Below the pieces are notes generated by a model that was given only the letters and a program-made list of their open reading frames with translations, ran no database searches and was not told the origin of the DNA. From Tetramitus jugosus (Eukaryota > Protista > Heterolobosea): DNA of 64,000 nt. Location of the stretch: positions 372,001 through 436,000 of the forward strand of contig OW569347.1 in the NCBI GenBank assembly GCA_937625935.1, read 5' to 3'. Position 1 is the first letter of the stretch, and each line of letters starts with the position of its first letter. Shown in pieces: positions 21,901 to 33,047 of the stretch. Made by a program: the position numbers and the translations under genes.

Positions 21901-24900
21901 TAGAGCAGGATCGATTTCTTCCTCAATATCTTGAATAAGGACAGGATAACCAAATTTTATCGCATTGATCAATTTTCTGAGAAGTTCAGGGTCCTTCGCA
22001 TCACATACTTCTAGCTTTCGATCTTTTTCAAGATTCTTTACCCATTTGTTGGCTTGATTTTGTGGGTCAATCAACAGAGGCCATCTTGTACCTCTTGTGA
22101 CAAGAATGCCGTTTTCTGTACTGAAAGTATCAGAAGGAAGTCCTTGTATTGTCCATGCCCTGAGTTCCGTCGGACGAGCAAGATAGGAGAGAACACAGAA
22201 TTCTGAAGAGCATGGAACGTTGTAGAATCGGACTTTCTTCTTCCATACTTCTTCCATTAAAAATTGTCTGTATGCTCCACTGAATGGACCAGCGTAAGAA
22301 CGGAATGAAGTAGCGAGAAGGTTGTCTCCCACTACATTCGAAAAATTCTTGTTAAGTTCAATGATTGAATTTGTCCAACGTTCTCTCTCTCCTGACAATC
22401 CTCCAACTAATTGTTCTGCCCGATTTAACTTCATTTCCGTTTCTTCTGCTTGTTTTCTAAACATTTCTTTCTCAGCTAATTTCTGATCGTACTTCTCTGT
22501 CAATGCTAGAACTTTGTCTGATACTTCTTTGTAAGATCGTTCTGCTTCTATCAATCTTTTCATTGACTTTTCTAAATCTTCTTCAGCCTTTTTCAACTTC
22601 TCTTCTAAGGGTTTCACACCCCGATACACTTTCGCATAATTGTTGATGGCGATTACCCACAAACACATTCCATAAGCTGCATTAGACACGACCTTCACAG
22701 CTTCTGGGTCATCAAGACCTTGTTTCTTAATTTCTTTTTCAATTTTTGTTCTCTGCTGTTCACTGATTTCATTCTTCTTGTAGTCCAACATCATTTGGAT
22801 AAATTTCATGGGTGAAGCCATCAGTTGTTTAACTACGTTGTAATCAGGTTTCTTCTTCAATACAACCATAACAGCCATGAGGACATTCTTTACTAACGGG
22901 GGAGGGTTGCTATACTGTTTTATCTCTGATATATCTTTCGGTTCAAGAGTTTGTAGTGCTTGGGTAGCTCTTTCTAAATCGGGAAGAGCAGCTTTCAACT
23001 CTTCTTCTGCGGCTGCTTGAAGTTTTTGGGCGTTTAGTTTTTCCCGTTCAATGTTTGCTCGATCGAGTTCGACTTGTTGCTTTTTGTCATCAGCTTGAGA
23101 TTTTTCAGACAATACAATCATCATTAGATTCTCGCATTCTTGTTTCGATTGAGCAGCATGTTTCTTTTGTTTTTCTAAATCGACACTCATCTTCTCTACC
23201 TCAACACGAGCGTTCTCTAGGGTAGTAAGACCCATCTCGTACTTGGTTATGGTTCCTTTTATTTCACTTCTCTTCTCATGCATCAAAGAAACAAAACCTG
23301 TTATTAGATCGAGGTAGTTCGTGGGTGTTACATAGTTGTGTCTCTGTCTTTCAGTTAACATTTTCTGGGATTGTTCCACAACTGACTCATGAACTGAAAC
23401 AAAGATCTCCGCGATGGATTTGTTCAAATCTTCAGTCAACTCTAATTCAGCTGCATTCTCCAAAAAGAACAATGCTACCTCCTTGAGAGCTGTTGTTGGC
23501 CATTCACTGAACCAATCAATAGTAGTACAATTTACCAAAGAAGGGAACATGCGGATTCGATTTCGGAATTCGATATTGACCGGACTCATTGACACAATTA
23601 TGTGAAGGTGATTTCTCACCTGTTCAATAAAGTATGTATAAATCTCTTCCGGAGTTTCATTCTTTCCAGAAGCGAGAGCGTCCTTTCGAGATCCATCGAT
23701 AATTTGAGTCATGTCATCGTTATCGAACATATTAGGGACTTCGCCACTTCCTAACATATTGTTCACATCTTCTAAGAAGCTCTCTTCTATTATTTGAGTA
23801 TCAGAGAACAAGAAAGTTATTGATTTCTTTTGTAACCCAGTTTCGAAGTACAACTGCTTTAAATCGTCATGAAATTGTTTTGTAGAGTAGGATTTAGCGA
23901 CTTCGACCATATAGAATTTGTGGCCTGCAATATAGGCAGCTAATCGGGTTAAGCTTTGACGCCCACTCCCTCCGACACCCACTAGCAGAGCATTTCCTCT
24001 CGGCTGATTAATTATTCGATAAATTCTACATAAGTGTTCTATAGCATCTTGGAACAGTACAAGGTTCATTGGCCTAGTACCTAATGAATCATTGTAATCG
24101 GCAAGCTTCATTTCTAAATCTTTCTTTAGTTCATTGACGTCCTTAACTTCAGCGTAGGAACCTGAATTTGTTATATCACTGACAATGATCCTCTTGCTCT
24201 CAAGTTGGTTGATCTTCAACGCGAACCAGTCGAAAGTTTTCTCGGATATAATTGTCCTAAAGTGTAATCTATCCTCCTCATTATTCAATCTGTCATAAAA
24301 CACTCGATAACATTCATGGATCCATAACCTAATGAATTGCTCTTTGTTATCCATCATCTCATGATCTGCTTGGAGAATTCCTTGAAAAACTTTACTTAAG
24401 TCTCTCATGTTAAAGATATAATGACTCCTAGTTGGTGTTGGAAGGAGATTAGTTGTTACTGCTCGATATATATCGATTGTTGCTTGAGTGACAATATCAC
24501 TCAGAGTTTTCACTTCTTCCATAGCTTCTACTCGATTTCTGAGTAGCGTACCGAATATTCGTTTTGTTTGGGAGTCACTGGGGAATGTGACATTGAGAAC
24601 ATTAAATCTGTTTTGAAGTCGTTCAGATATAATGGTTCTTCCTCCACCAGGTGGACCCATAGCTGCTATCAGTTGTGTTTTTTTCAAAGTTTTCTTCATT
24701 TGTTTCTGTCTATCATACCAAAATCCATAGTCTATCCATTGTCGAAGCAACTCGAGGGGAGGTTGGGAACCATATTCATCTTTCTTTGGCATGTTTAGAT
24801 CGTCAATAAATATCACCAATTGTTTACCGCCGAATGGTTGAAGAATGTCGAAAGGCTTCTTTTCTACTCTGGACTCGATCATCTCTTGAAGCGCGTTCGA

Positions 24901-27900
24901 ATCGGTCCGAGCAGAGAAGTTAACAGAGAATGACGAGTACTCTGAATGATCAAGTTGGGATAGAACATTGTTAATGGTTGTGGTTTTGCCAGTACCTATT
25001 TGTCCACCAACTAAAATATGTCTCTTTGCCTTTACCAACGCATTCATTATGAAAGAATTTCGTACTGTGTCAACGGTTGGTACCATAATTTTGTGGAATG
25101 GTGTGTTTGGTGCAGGTTTCCAGGACTGGTTCACTTTTTCCTCCCATGATTTCCACGTCTTACTCTTAGAATCGATGAAGTATTCGTAAGCAGTGCCTTT
25201 GCTTGGGAGTTGTGGATCTATTTCTCTGAATAGAATATCCAATTTCTTCCTTCCTTCCAAGTCCACCGTTGCTCCGATACTCCATACTAAAGAGAATACA
25301 AAGAACTTTTGAATGGTTTCTATGTACTGATCTTTGTCCTTGGGATCCAGACCATTTTCGAAAGTTGCGATCGCATCGTAGAGAGATGTAAATGATTGGA
25401 TGGCGTTCATATCTGTCGTTTCAACTGTCTGAACTTGATCTGATCTTGCTTCAAACGCTCTTTGGATAAATTTTTCACACATTCCTCGAAGATATTTCAT
25501 CATCGTATCAGTTTGTGGGTTGTTTGTAGATTTCTCGAAAGCTTCCCTCTTCTTTAACCAAGTATTAATAATTGATTTCCATCCAATGTCTTTTTCATCA
25601 AAATAGATCATTCCACAACGACTTACAGTCGCAGGGGAAGCTTGATCCAAATCTTGTACTTCAAATAGTAGGGACACTTGAGGAGCGAGAGATATCCTTG
25701 TTCCATTGATAAGAGTCAACACCTTGTTGTCATCTAGTAGGGTGTTCATACTTTCAATCCATAAAGTGTCTACAGGTCCATCGAACACTATCCATTTCTC
25801 GTCTGGTTTTGGGTCACTGCAAGTTTCCTTCAAAATTACAGAGAAGATTCCATTCTTCCAATCCCTTCCCTTCGAGAAATTACCGTACAACTCGTCCGTG
25901 GTTATTGCTTTGGGATTTATGATGTGTTCTGTCACAAGGTTGAAAATTGAGTTGGTGGGTTCAAATTTTTTGTTGTTCAGTTTTGTTAATGCCTTCTTCA
26001 ATGTTCTCCAGGCGGTAGTTTTACCGGTGTTGCTTCTACCAACTACCATCACCCCATGTCTAGTTTTTTTTGTGTCATACAACTGCAAACAGCGATCAAT
26101 AAGGTATGGGTTCAATTCAAAGTTGTTCATTTTCAATTCCTCAGTAATTGCGTCATAGAGGACATCGAATGGTCTATCTTGTTTTTCTATGCCTGGGAAG
26201 AGATCATGGATGATGGCATTGAATAATGGAATGTCATCAGATATAAACTTGGGTTCGTTCATATCTCGACATGCAGAGAGAAGAAGGATGTGTTCTTGAA
26301 CAGCCGGTTTAAGACGTTTCAGAACACCAGCGGCATCTAGAACCGCAGAAATGTTCCTTAGACCAAAATCATAATGCTTTTGGCGAGATAACTGTTGTTC
26401 CATCAGAACATAGAGAGTAGCAACCTTTCTGGATAGGTCATCAGCTTCGGTAAATCCTTGAGCTCTTAACCTTATTTGACAAATTAACGAAGAATCTGGT
26501 CTCATCATACTAACAGGACGCAGGAGTGCTTTCAAATTATCTGGTAGCTCCGATCTACCCGCATAACCCGGATTCATCGTCACAAATATTCCACAAGTTG
26601 GGTTGATTGTTGTTTCCTGCCCTTCGAAAATAAAACTGGACACACCAGAAGAAATTGCTGTGAGAATACTTGAAATCTGTTGCGCAACCACTGAAAGAAC
26701 ATCGAGTTCTATTCTGTTAAATTCATCCAAGCAACTCCAAGCACCGGTTTGAACTAATCCGCTGAATAATCGACCCAGAGACTTATAGTCCATACTATCA
26801 GAACAGTTAAAAACGATGACGTACTTAGCGATGGATTTCCCTAGATCCTTGACTGTTTCCGTTTTGCCCGTACCAGCGGGTCCTTGAGGATTTCCGCCTC
26901 GTTTTAATTGAAGAGCTGTTGTCAGGGTCATGTAACATCTTTCAGTGAGGGGAGTAATGACTAATCTCCCACTATTTCCTACATATTCATAATCATAATC
27001 GATCTCTGCTGATGTTTGGCGAACGATGCACTTATCGGCTTCCTCATCAATGTAGAATCTCAGTTGCTTCAGCCAATCAAAATCATCCAAAGAGTAACAT
27101 CTTGATTTCACGAGTTGGTCAGTAGCATCACGGGCGTGTACTTCCATAGTTATTAGGGCCACCAGCTTCTCTCTTTCAAGTGAAGTTAACTCTTCTCGAA
27201 TCATTTTACTATAGCCTTCCAGATACAAGTTCCACTCGTCCCTTCGAAGTTGAAGTGCTTTAGGAATCTTTGCAATATCTTTCTGTTCTTTGGATCCCCT
27301 CTTCCCTTCCTTCTCATGAGATAGAGTTTCACTTATTCGTCCTGTCCAATACAATTGACTACTTGTAATTAACAACTGCCCAGCCCACGAACCAATCCAA
27401 GAGTCTCTGCTCCCCACTTCTTTATCTTTACTAAGGGCTTTTAGGGATGCAAAACATTTGGATAAGTTCTTCTTTATGGCTGCTCTCATGGCATTCTCAA
27501 CAGATTGAAGCCATATTTCGACGTGCCCGTCTAAGTGTACCGGATGGTTAAACTCAATATACTCTCCCTCCACACTGTACATTCCTTGGGCAACATGATA
27601 CGAAGTTTGTAGTTTAGTCTCAGATATGAGCTCAATCTTAAGTCTCCGGATGGCTTCAAACAAATTTTTCAGGTGATGCTGTATCGCATTCGGATCTCGA
27701 GCTTGGCCCAATATTTCAAGCAAATCATTGTCTGACAAAAAGTAAAATCGGGGGAACATTTTTCTCTTCTTCTCTAGATATTGGTCGAGTTGTTTTTGAA
27801 TCGATTCTAGCTTCGAGTTCATCTCGCTCAGTGATGGTAAAAGACCATCCCGTTGACATGCCCTATAAACATTTCGAGTATCCCATAAGTTAGACATTAC

Positions 27901-30900
27901 ACCTTTCCATCGACTATTGACGATTTTGAATACTCCAGTCTCGGTCGGGAGTTGTTTCTGGATATCGTCCACATCGAATATATTAAACAAATACATCCAT
28001 TGTTTTTGAACCTGCAGAAGCATGTCAATAGTTTCCGATATTCTACTCAAATTTCTTTCCCATTCATTGACTTCTGTTTGGAATGATCCCACATAGGGAG
28101 ATATCTTCATGCTACTCAGAGTAGCCATATTGTCATCCAAGTTTAGGAAAATTTCTTCGGTCGAATTCAACTTGTAGTAGATCGACTTGTACTCGACCAT
28201 ATCAAAGAGAGTCACTTGCCAAATGTCTCTAATTTTTTCTAAGTCTGATTCGATATTTAACTCTTGTGTCGCGGAATTACTCAAACTGTTGATATCTTCC
28301 AAGTAGTTCTCAAAACCCAGGTCCATCATACTCTTCAGATTGAAAGTGGAAGAATTAGTATCGATTGATACACCCATGATGTCACCTAACTCATCCCAAT
28401 GTCGACCGCGAATTGCCGGACTCTTCAAGTCAACCAAGAGAGGCAACAGCTTCTTAAATTTATCCACGCCTTCCTTTACATTCGTCCATACTCCCCATTC
28501 ACGAACATCTTTTCCGAACGAATTCACTCGTTCGTTCAATAGAGTTAACTCTCTTTGAAATTCTTCGACAATTAAGTCAATAAATGGAGTCTGTCGCCAT
28601 CTCTTTGAACATTCCGACCAATCTGCCTGGATAGACCAAACACGTTCGAGAGAATCAATATCTTTCGATACATCCTTCAACTCCTTGTATTGTGGCATCT
28701 CCAAGTTAAATAATTTCATTCCGGATCTTAGTTTGGCTTCCTCTTTTCGTTGCAACAGAATCTTATTCTTGAATTCGCGAAGGATGGTGTTCGCTTGGTT
28801 ACTAGATATTTGAGCTGAATAAGGACCCTTGGAAGTAAAATCACTCTTTAAGGTGGATATGTTTTGGGTGAAAACATCCACAGCTGATTTAAGTTTAACT
28901 CTAAACTTATCTTTATCCACTTCCAATGAACTTAAAGACTCCTCTATCCTCTTCTTGAATTGATGTCCAGCTTCTTTCAGATTGACCTTTCTCTCCTCCT
29001 CTACATCCTCTACAGTCACATCAAACTTCTTTAGTAGATCGTACCGTTCACAAATCGGGTGAAACAGTTGTTCGTTTTTAGGGTAATCTTGTGTTAATTT
29101 GGTCACAAGTTTTATCTTTTCTTCTAACGCTTCTAAGTTTGTTGGTTGTTGTCTAAGCAGTTCGCTGTTTTTCTCAAACATTTCATAAAATTTGTTCATT
29201 TCTTTTTGTGCTATCGAGTGGAGTAAATCGAGTAAACGAGTTTGCCACATACTGCACTCCATTACAAGCGTATGTTTTAGAGGTGCACTCTCCAGTTGCA
29301 GATAACTCACAATCCTAGTTGGCTCCATATTCTGAATTTTGAATTGATGATCCTTGTACTTGTCAATTTCTGTTTCGAATCCCTCGGCAGTTCTTCCCTG
29401 AGAGCCGAATCTGGCTAAGAATTTTTCTTTGTTGGTGAACCAAATTTCTCTGAAGTCTTTACTCCAACGAGAAAGATATTCCTCCACATCGGTAGATATT
29501 GTGTCCATTCCCTCTATGATAACTTTGATCAATTGTCTTATCTCCTTGTCTTCGGATATATTATGATCAAAGTAATTCAAGATTTCCTTTTTCTGCTCGC
29601 CTACTTCTTCGTCATTTTCATCGCCTGATCCTAAATCTGACTCATCGTCCTCTAGAGAATCCTCCAGATCCGCATTTTGCATTTCAGCCAACTTTTTGGC
29701 TCGTTGAAAATCTATATGTTTCTTCATTGATTGTTCTAGCTTTGGTACAACTGAACTAACTCGGATCAAGTATCGAATCACTTCATCCACCATATCAATC
29801 AACCGGGGAATAGATGGTTGAAGTGCGGGAGTCATATCATTATCATCCTTCTCCAGAACAACATTCACCATAAACAAAGGGCTGGTGTTGATCAATCGAC
29901 CCACTTCGTTTGACTTTTCTGGCCGAATCGCTATTGAAAGAGTCCGGAGCGATTTTTTCACTGCATTCCTTAAGGACCAATCAATCCTCTGTTCGATAGT
30001 ATGGATGAACGACCACCATTGTCCATGAACAAATTCGTCATGATCTTCAAAATATTGATACAATTGTTGCAGTATTGAGACAATATCTTGATTTGCTCTC
30101 AACAACTGATCTTTCGCTTTTTCTCGGTGAGAATTCTGCTCTTTTTCGAACTCCATCTCGATTTCGTTGTACACTTTTTTACTCTCAATGTTAATAAACA
30201 AAGTGTCCGCCATCTTGTTGCAACTCAAGTAGATATTTGTCACTCCCCGTTTAAAATCGTTTAAAACACTCCTGAACTCCTCACACATCTTTTTGCACAC
30301 TTTAACAAACACTTCAATTTCCGCCCTGCTGCTCCATGAGTAGCATTTCACTCCTGCTTGTTTTATCAATCCCTTTTTAATTTCATTGTCCAGAATTTGT
30401 ATTCTTTGTCTGAATAGTTTATGTTCTTCAGGAGACAATGATAGAATGATTTGATTGAAACTTCTCACAACCGTTGCTACATTCTCTCTATAAATTCTCA
30501 TCTTGTCCCTGTCCCCTATTAATTCGAGAACTCCTACTGGCATTTCTAGCTGTGGTAACTGCCTCCAGAAACGAACCTCTTCATACAACACTATCAACTT
30601 ACTGTCGAAGTTCATTCGAATTAAGTGGGGGCTGTCCTGACATCTTATCATTAAGGGTTGATCAAGAACATTTTGAATCATTGATACATCAATAGTTAAA
30701 AGCCACTCTGAGTACATTTTGTCGATGTGTTTCTCAAGTAACTGAACGATTGAGTCATACTTTATCTTCAAGTCGCGATGTTCTCTCGTTTCTGAAATAA
30801 ATGTAGCATTTTGGATCATGTTCATCTCATGTTGAATTTTGGAACTAATCGAATGAGCCCACAATGCTCCTCCTGAATATCTAGGATGATGTGGGGGTAT

Positions 30901-32841
30901 CATTGGAGCTTTTCGATTCATTTCAAACTGACTCTGAACTGTCTCCAGCTGCTTATGAAAATTAGAACAAACTTCTCCTGCTCTTACCTCCACGATAGTT
31001 TTAATATTCTCTCTCTTGGCCAAAGAGTGAAAGGCCTCCAACAATTGGATAGCATTTTCGGTGTCAGTTATCGTTTCAAAAGCACTAGAGATAACATTTT
31101 GCATAATGAGTTCAAGATCTCTTATTCCATTTTTAAACTTTTTAAAATCATCATGCCATGCTGTGGATTTCACATCAAGGATGGGATACTGTAATTGTCG
31201 AACTTCATGAATGTATCTAGAAAAAGAACTTTGGATGTCCTGGAGATTTTTTGTGACTTCAGGACCAGTTGTTCCTGCAAAAACAGGCAAGTCCATCGTT
31301 GATTCGAAACTGTTGAAGTTGCTACCAAATTGTATTTGAGCCTCACATAGTTCCAACAGTTCATTGCACCTCTGAACGAACGCATTAATTTCTCCAAACA
31401 CACTACTCTTATCAAACTTGTAATAGTCCTCCTGCTTATTACACATTCTCTTCCAAGCCTCGCCAGCGTGTATACTTTCATTGAGGGATTGAATACATGT
31501 TTGAACATTTCCATTCCAAATTTGATCCATATGAATATGTTGACAGCATCTGTAAATAATCTCATTTGATACCTCTCTCAATAAACCTGTCAGTCTTTCC
31601 TGAGTCTTATGGGTGTCTTTTAGGAATACATCATGAATTTTTTGAATCAAGTGCAGTATCTCTGGAATGATCATGGGAATCTGGGTCGGAGAAGCAGCAG
31701 CGAGCTTTTCGCATGGCTCTTTAAGTGTGAGCAAAAATTTGTGATTGTCCAGAGCTTCATCACTTCCATTCTGAATATCCTCACTCAAGTCCTTAAATGT
31801 TTTCAAGTAACTGCTTCCAGACAGAACCTTGACAATAGTTTGAACATCTTCTCTCTGAATTTGACTTTTGATGTTCATGAGATCTTTTGCCCTCGACTTC
31901 CAGTATTCAATTTCTGCCAACGGTCTTGCATTCTCAATATTCTCAGCTGTATCTTTATCCGCTTGGACTACCTCCTTGATCTGAGAAGTCCATTGCATCA
32001 GCGCCGCTTCTAATCTCTGCACCAATTCTTTTTGTTTCTGAGCACTCTCGATGCTGTCAATGTTTTCAAATGGAACATAGAGAACAGTACTTCCTTTTAT
32101 CTTGTGAGCAGTTTCGGTGAGACTGGCTAAGAACTTGTGCAGTTGGGACACAAAGTCTTTTTGGAGACTCTCAGGCCATAGATTTTTCTCCCGACTGAGC
32201 AACAAGGGTGCAAATGTACCTCGCATCACTCTCAACAAGGTGTCTAGAGCTGTATCTACAATTACACCCGACATCAAAAATCCAAATGATCGATTACCGT
32301 TCGGCGACAAACCTGCGACACCATTAGATTGACAATCAGAATCTTGTTGTCTCACAAAATATAGTACACGCCTACTGGTACAATAGTTGACCATGAATGG
32401 CTTGACAAACATTGTTAATTGAATGTTACTTTCGTTGTTAGTATTGTTAATTGTATTGTTTGAATGAAGAGCATTGGAAACCAAATTGAATTCACTTGAA
32501 CTTGTAGTGTATAGTTGTTGTTGCTGTTGTTGTTGAATTGGACCCAAGATCTCAATGGATGTAAAAAGAACCAAAGCATTATTATCCATAAATTGAGAAA
32601 CCATGAGAGAGTGCTCTTCTTTCCATAGGATCGATTGGACGAATTTGAGTCCACGTCCCAGAATCATCTCTCTATGTTTTCTGTTATTGAACTTATTACT
32701 ACTCTCTTCTTGTAAGCTATCATCATGCCATTCCTTGCCGTCTAGTTGCTCAATGAATCGCACATGCTTTTCAGTCAAGAGCTTCTCTGCAATTTTTGAT
32801 TGAATGAATTGAACACTCAAAAGCAATGGATTATCGGTCAT
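18919..32841 (-). CDS. DNAH2: Axonemal dynein heavy chain, inner arm I1/f beta type (DNAH2/DHC10), intronless, 4640 aa
   Basis: P-loops GPAGTGKT, GRSNTGKT, GQIGTGKT and GVGGSGRQS; DYKSLGRLFSGLVQTGAWSCLDEFNRI; long DHC_N1 tail with KELVQRLE…WTSQIKE as in DNAH2; stalk and C-terminal HWVKRGTALL. Confidence 0.93.
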   Translation of the reverse strand: MTDNPLLLSVQFIQSKIAEKLLTEKHVRFIEQLDGKEWHDDSLQEESSNKFNNRKHREMILGRGLKFVQSILWKEEHSLMVSQFMDNNALVLFTSIEILGPIQQQQQQQLYTTSSSEFNLVSNALHSNNTINNTNNESNIQLTMFVKPFMVNYCTSRRVLYFVRQQDSDCQSNGVAGLSPNGNRSFGFLMSGVIVDTALDTLLRVMRGTFAPLLLSREKNLWPESLQKDFVSQLHKFLASLTETAHKIKGSTVLYVPFENIDSIESAQKQKELVQRLEAALMQWTSQIKEVVQADKDTAENIENARPLAEIEYWKSRAKDLMNIKSQIQREDVQTIVKVLSGSSYLKTFKDLSEDIQNGSDEALDNHKFLLTLKEPCEKLAAASPTQIPMIIPEILHLIQKIHDVFLKDTHKTQERLTGLLREVSNEIIYRCCQHIHMDQIWNGNVQTCIQSLNESIHAGEAWKRMCNKQEDYYKFDKSSVFGEINAFVQRCNELLELCEAQIQFGSNFNSFESTMDLPVFAGTTGPEVTKNLQDIQSSFSRYIHEVRQLQYPILDVKSTAWHDDFKKFKNGIRDLELIMQNVISSAFETITDTENAIQLLEAFHSLAKRENIKTIVEVRAGEVCSNFHKQLETVQSQFEMNRKAPMIPPHHPRYSGGALWAHSISSKIQHEMNMIQNATFISETREHRDLKIKYDSIVQLLEKHIDKMYSEWLLTIDVSMIQNVLDQPLMIRCQDSPHLIRMNFDSKLIVLYEEVRFWRQLPQLEMPVGVLELIGDRDKMRIYRENVATVVRSFNQIILSLSPEEHKLFRQRIQILDNEIKKGLIKQAGVKCYSWSSRAEIEVFVKVCKKMCEEFRSVLNDFKRGVTNIYLSCNKMADTLFINIESKKVYNEIEMEFEKEQNSHREKAKDQLLRANQDIVSILQQLYQYFEDHDEFVHGQWWSFIHTIEQRIDWSLRNAVKKSLRTLSIAIRPEKSNEVGRLINTSPLFMVNVVLEKDDNDMTPALQPSIPRLIDMVDEVIRYLIRVSSVVPKLEQSMKKHIDFQRAKKLAEMQNADLEDSLEDDESDLGSGDENDEEVGEQKKEILNYFDHNISEDKEIRQLIKVIIEGMDTISTDVEEYLSRWSKDFREIWFTNKEKFLARFGSQGRTAEGFETEIDKYKDHQFKIQNMEPTRIVSYLQLESAPLKHTLVMECSMWQTRLLDLLHSIAQKEMNKFYEMFEKNSELLRQQPTNLEALEEKIKLVTKLTQDYPKNEQLFHPICERYDLLKKFDVTVEDVEEERKVNLKEAGHQFKKRIEESLSSLEVDKDKFRVKLKSAVDVFTQNISTLKSDFTSKGPYSAQISSNQANTILREFKNKILLQRKEEAKLRSGMKLFNLEMPQYKELKDVSKDIDSLERVWSIQADWSECSKRWRQTPFIDLIVEEFQRELTLLNERVNSFGKDVREWGVWTNVKEGVDKFKKLLPLLVDLKSPAIRGRHWDELGDIMGVSIDTNSSTFNLKSMMDLGFENYLEDINSLSNSATQELNIESDLEKIRDIWQVTLFDMVEYKSIYYKLNSTEEIFLNLDDNMATLSSMKISPYVGSFQTEVNEWERNLSRISETIDMLLQVQKQWMYLFNIFDVDDIQKQLPTETGVFKIVNSRWKGVMSNLWDTRNVYRACQRDGLLPSLSEMNSKLESIQKQLDQYLEKKRKMFPRFYFLSDNDLLEILGQARDPNAIQHHLKNLFEAIRRLKIELISETKLQTSYHVAQGMYSVEGEYIEFNHPVHLDGHVEIWLQSVENAMRAAIKKNLSKCFASLKALSKDKEVGSRDSWIGSWAGQLLITSSQLYWTGRISETLSHEKEGKRGSKEQKDIAKIPKALQLRRDEWNLYLEGYSKMIREELTSLEREKLVALITMEVHARDATDQLVKSRCYSLDDFDWLKQLRFYIDEEADKCIVRQTSAEIDYDYEYVGNSGRLVITPLTERCYMTLTTALQLKRGGNPQGPAGTGKTETVKDLGKSIAKYVIVFNCSDSMDYKSLGRLFSGLVQTGAWSCLDEFNRIELDVLSVVAQQISSILTAISSGVSSFIFEGQETTINPTCGIFVTMNPGYAGRSELPDNLKALLRPVSMMRPDSSLICQIRLRAQGFTEADDLSRKVATLYVLMEQQLSRQKHYDFGLRNISAVLDAAGVLKRLKPAVQEHILLLSACRDMNEPKFISDDIPLFNAIIHDLFPGIEKQDRPFDVLYDAITEELKMNNFELNPYLIDRCLQLYDTKKTRHGVMVVGRSNTGKTTAWRTLKKALTKLNNKKFEPTNSIFNLVTEHIINPKAITTDELYGNFSKGRDWKNGIFSVILKETCSDPKPDEKWIVFDGPVDTLWIESMNTLLDDNKVLTLINGTRISLAPQVSLLFEVQDLDQASPATVSRCGMIYFDEKDIGWKSIINTWLKKREAFEKSTNNPQTDTMMKYLRGMCEKFIQRAFEARSDQVQTVETTDMNAIQSFTSLYDAIATFENGLDPKDKDQYIETIQKFFVFSLVWSIGATVDLEGRKKLDILFREIDPQLPSKGTAYEYFIDSKSKTWKSWEEKVNQSWKPAPNTPFHKIMVPTVDTVRNSFIMNALVKAKRHILVGGQIGTGKTTTINNVLSQLDHSEYSSFSVNFSARTDSNALQEMIESRVEKKPFDILQPFGGKQLVIFIDDLNMPKKDEYGSQPPLELLRQWIDYGFWYDRQKQMKKTLKKTQLIAAMGPPGGGRTIISERLQNRFNVLNVTFPSDSQTKRIFGTLLRNRVEAMEEVKTLSDIVTQATIDIYRAVTTNLLPTPTRSHYIFNMRDLSKVFQGILQADHEMMDNKEQFIRLWIHECYRVFYDRLNNEEDRLHFRTIISEKTFDWFALKINQLESKRIIVSDITNSGSYAEVKDVNELKKDLEMKLADYNDSLGTRPMNLVLFQDAIEHLCRIYRIINQPRGNALLVGVGGSGRQSLTRLAAYIAGHKFYMVEVAKSYSTKQFHDDLKQLYFETGLQKKSITFLFSDTQIIEESFLEDVNNMLGSGEVPNMFDNDDMTQIIDGSRKDALASGKNETPEEIYTYFIEQVRNHLHIIVSMSPVNIEFRNRIRMFPSLVNCTTIDWFSEWPTTALKEVALFFLENAAELELTEDLNKSIAEIFVSVHESVVEQSQKMLTERQRHNYVTPTNYLDLITGFVSLMHEKRSEIKGTITKYEMGLTTLENARVEVEKMSVDLEKQKKHAAQSKQECENLMMIVLSEKSQADDKKQQVELDRANIEREKLNAQKLQAAAEEELKAALPDLERATQALQTLEPKDISEIKQYSNPPPLVKNVLMAVMVVLKKKPDYNVVKQLMASPMKFIQMMLDYKKNEISEQQRTKIEKEIKKQGLDDPEAVKVVSNAAYGMCLWVIAINNYAKVYRGVKPLEEKLKKAEEDLEKSMKRLIEAERSYKEVSDKVLALTEKYDQKLAEKEMFRKQAEETEMKLNRAEQLVGGLSGERERWTNSIIELNKNFSNVVGDNLLATSFRSYAGPFSGAYRQFLMEEVWKKKVRFYNVPCSSEFCVLSYLARPTELRAWTIQGLPSDTFSTENGILVTRGTRWPLLIDPQNQANKWVKNLEKDRKLEVCDAKDPELLRKLINAIKFGYPVLIQDIEEEIDPALEPVLSRAVLKKGNREIMMLGDTEVTVNKNFKLYLTTKLQNPHYQPEISTRTTIVNFNVTKQGLEDQLLGIVVSSERKELEEQKSEIVMKVAAGKRKMEELEDETLRLLTTTSGSALLDDESLIVTLQQSKKISEEIKVQLSISQDTENKIDVARNLYRSAASRASVLYFVLCDMSAIDPMYQFSLKGYIDLFNQSISTSKKPPKQEMIKQRIDLLNEHHTLEVYRTTCQGLFERHKLLFAFHMCIKIMEENRTLNLEEYNFLIRGSQIIGTKPINPCKWLPDKAWENISELNKLPNFHGIANSFEEDGEEWRNWYRSMKPETQQVPSEWQSKINDWAKILLVRSVREDRVRLMMKSFITEHMGSEKYVKPPINEISHIMNGSTCGTPLMFILSPGVDPQKQLEKFAREKGIRLITLALGKDQEPLAKKCIQDARLSGDWVFLANCHLMIKWMASLDVIIESFNDDPPNPNFRLWLSSKPHDQFPITLLQRSRKITTEPPQGLQSNLERIYRSFVSEERFKEIADTIAPMYKKLLYSLAFFHSVLLERRKFGSLGWNIPYDFNDSDLSISENILEMYLRKYERIPWDALTYLIAEVNYGGRVTDDMDRRVLDVYIHQFFNQQVIDSDGYVLSTDTSYHIPPVGNSSSYLEFIKNMKPDDHPEAFGQHPNADISSQIQQTQDVLGILQSITHNVGSSVAATKTTTNNGKSTDVVSVEQKVFRTAEDIHLHRLPEAIDLEKAKSQEDSALSTVLMQESVRYNHLLEIVGTSLTNLMKAIKGEILMDSELESVCNALNDNKVPRSWNIAYPSQKQLTSWIRDLQKRIDQFKAWAEGGQPTVFWLPGFTFPSGFLTAIKQSTARAHRYAVDELIFEYVVMSPNTSLHQRPKDGVYVKGMILEGAKWDSAAGCLAEPNPMELTTEMPVIHCKPVHISQLTTNKKKSSKETYNCPLYMFPVRCGTQDHTSFVTTIGLKSGNEPPSHWVKRGTALLLSDSQ

Positions 32842-33047
32842 CTTGAGGAAGCGGGCTCAAAAACTGAGAGAAGGCGTCTTTGATGATTGCAAGTTTTGAT
32901 CCAAGTGAACCTAAATTACTGTAGTGTCGGAGTAGCGTCATTGGCGCTAAAAAAGGATCGCGAACCGTGCTTCATGTCTGTACGGGAATTCAATCTACTC
33001 AAATTGTGCTCCAACAAAGATTAACACCATCCATAGCAATAATAAAC
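32842..33047. promoter_or_regulatory. Putative bidirectional promoter of DNAH2 and CFAP70 (206 bp)
   Basis: Head-to-head ATGs at 32841 and 33048; contains GCGTCATTGGCGC at 32935-32947. Confidence 0.6.
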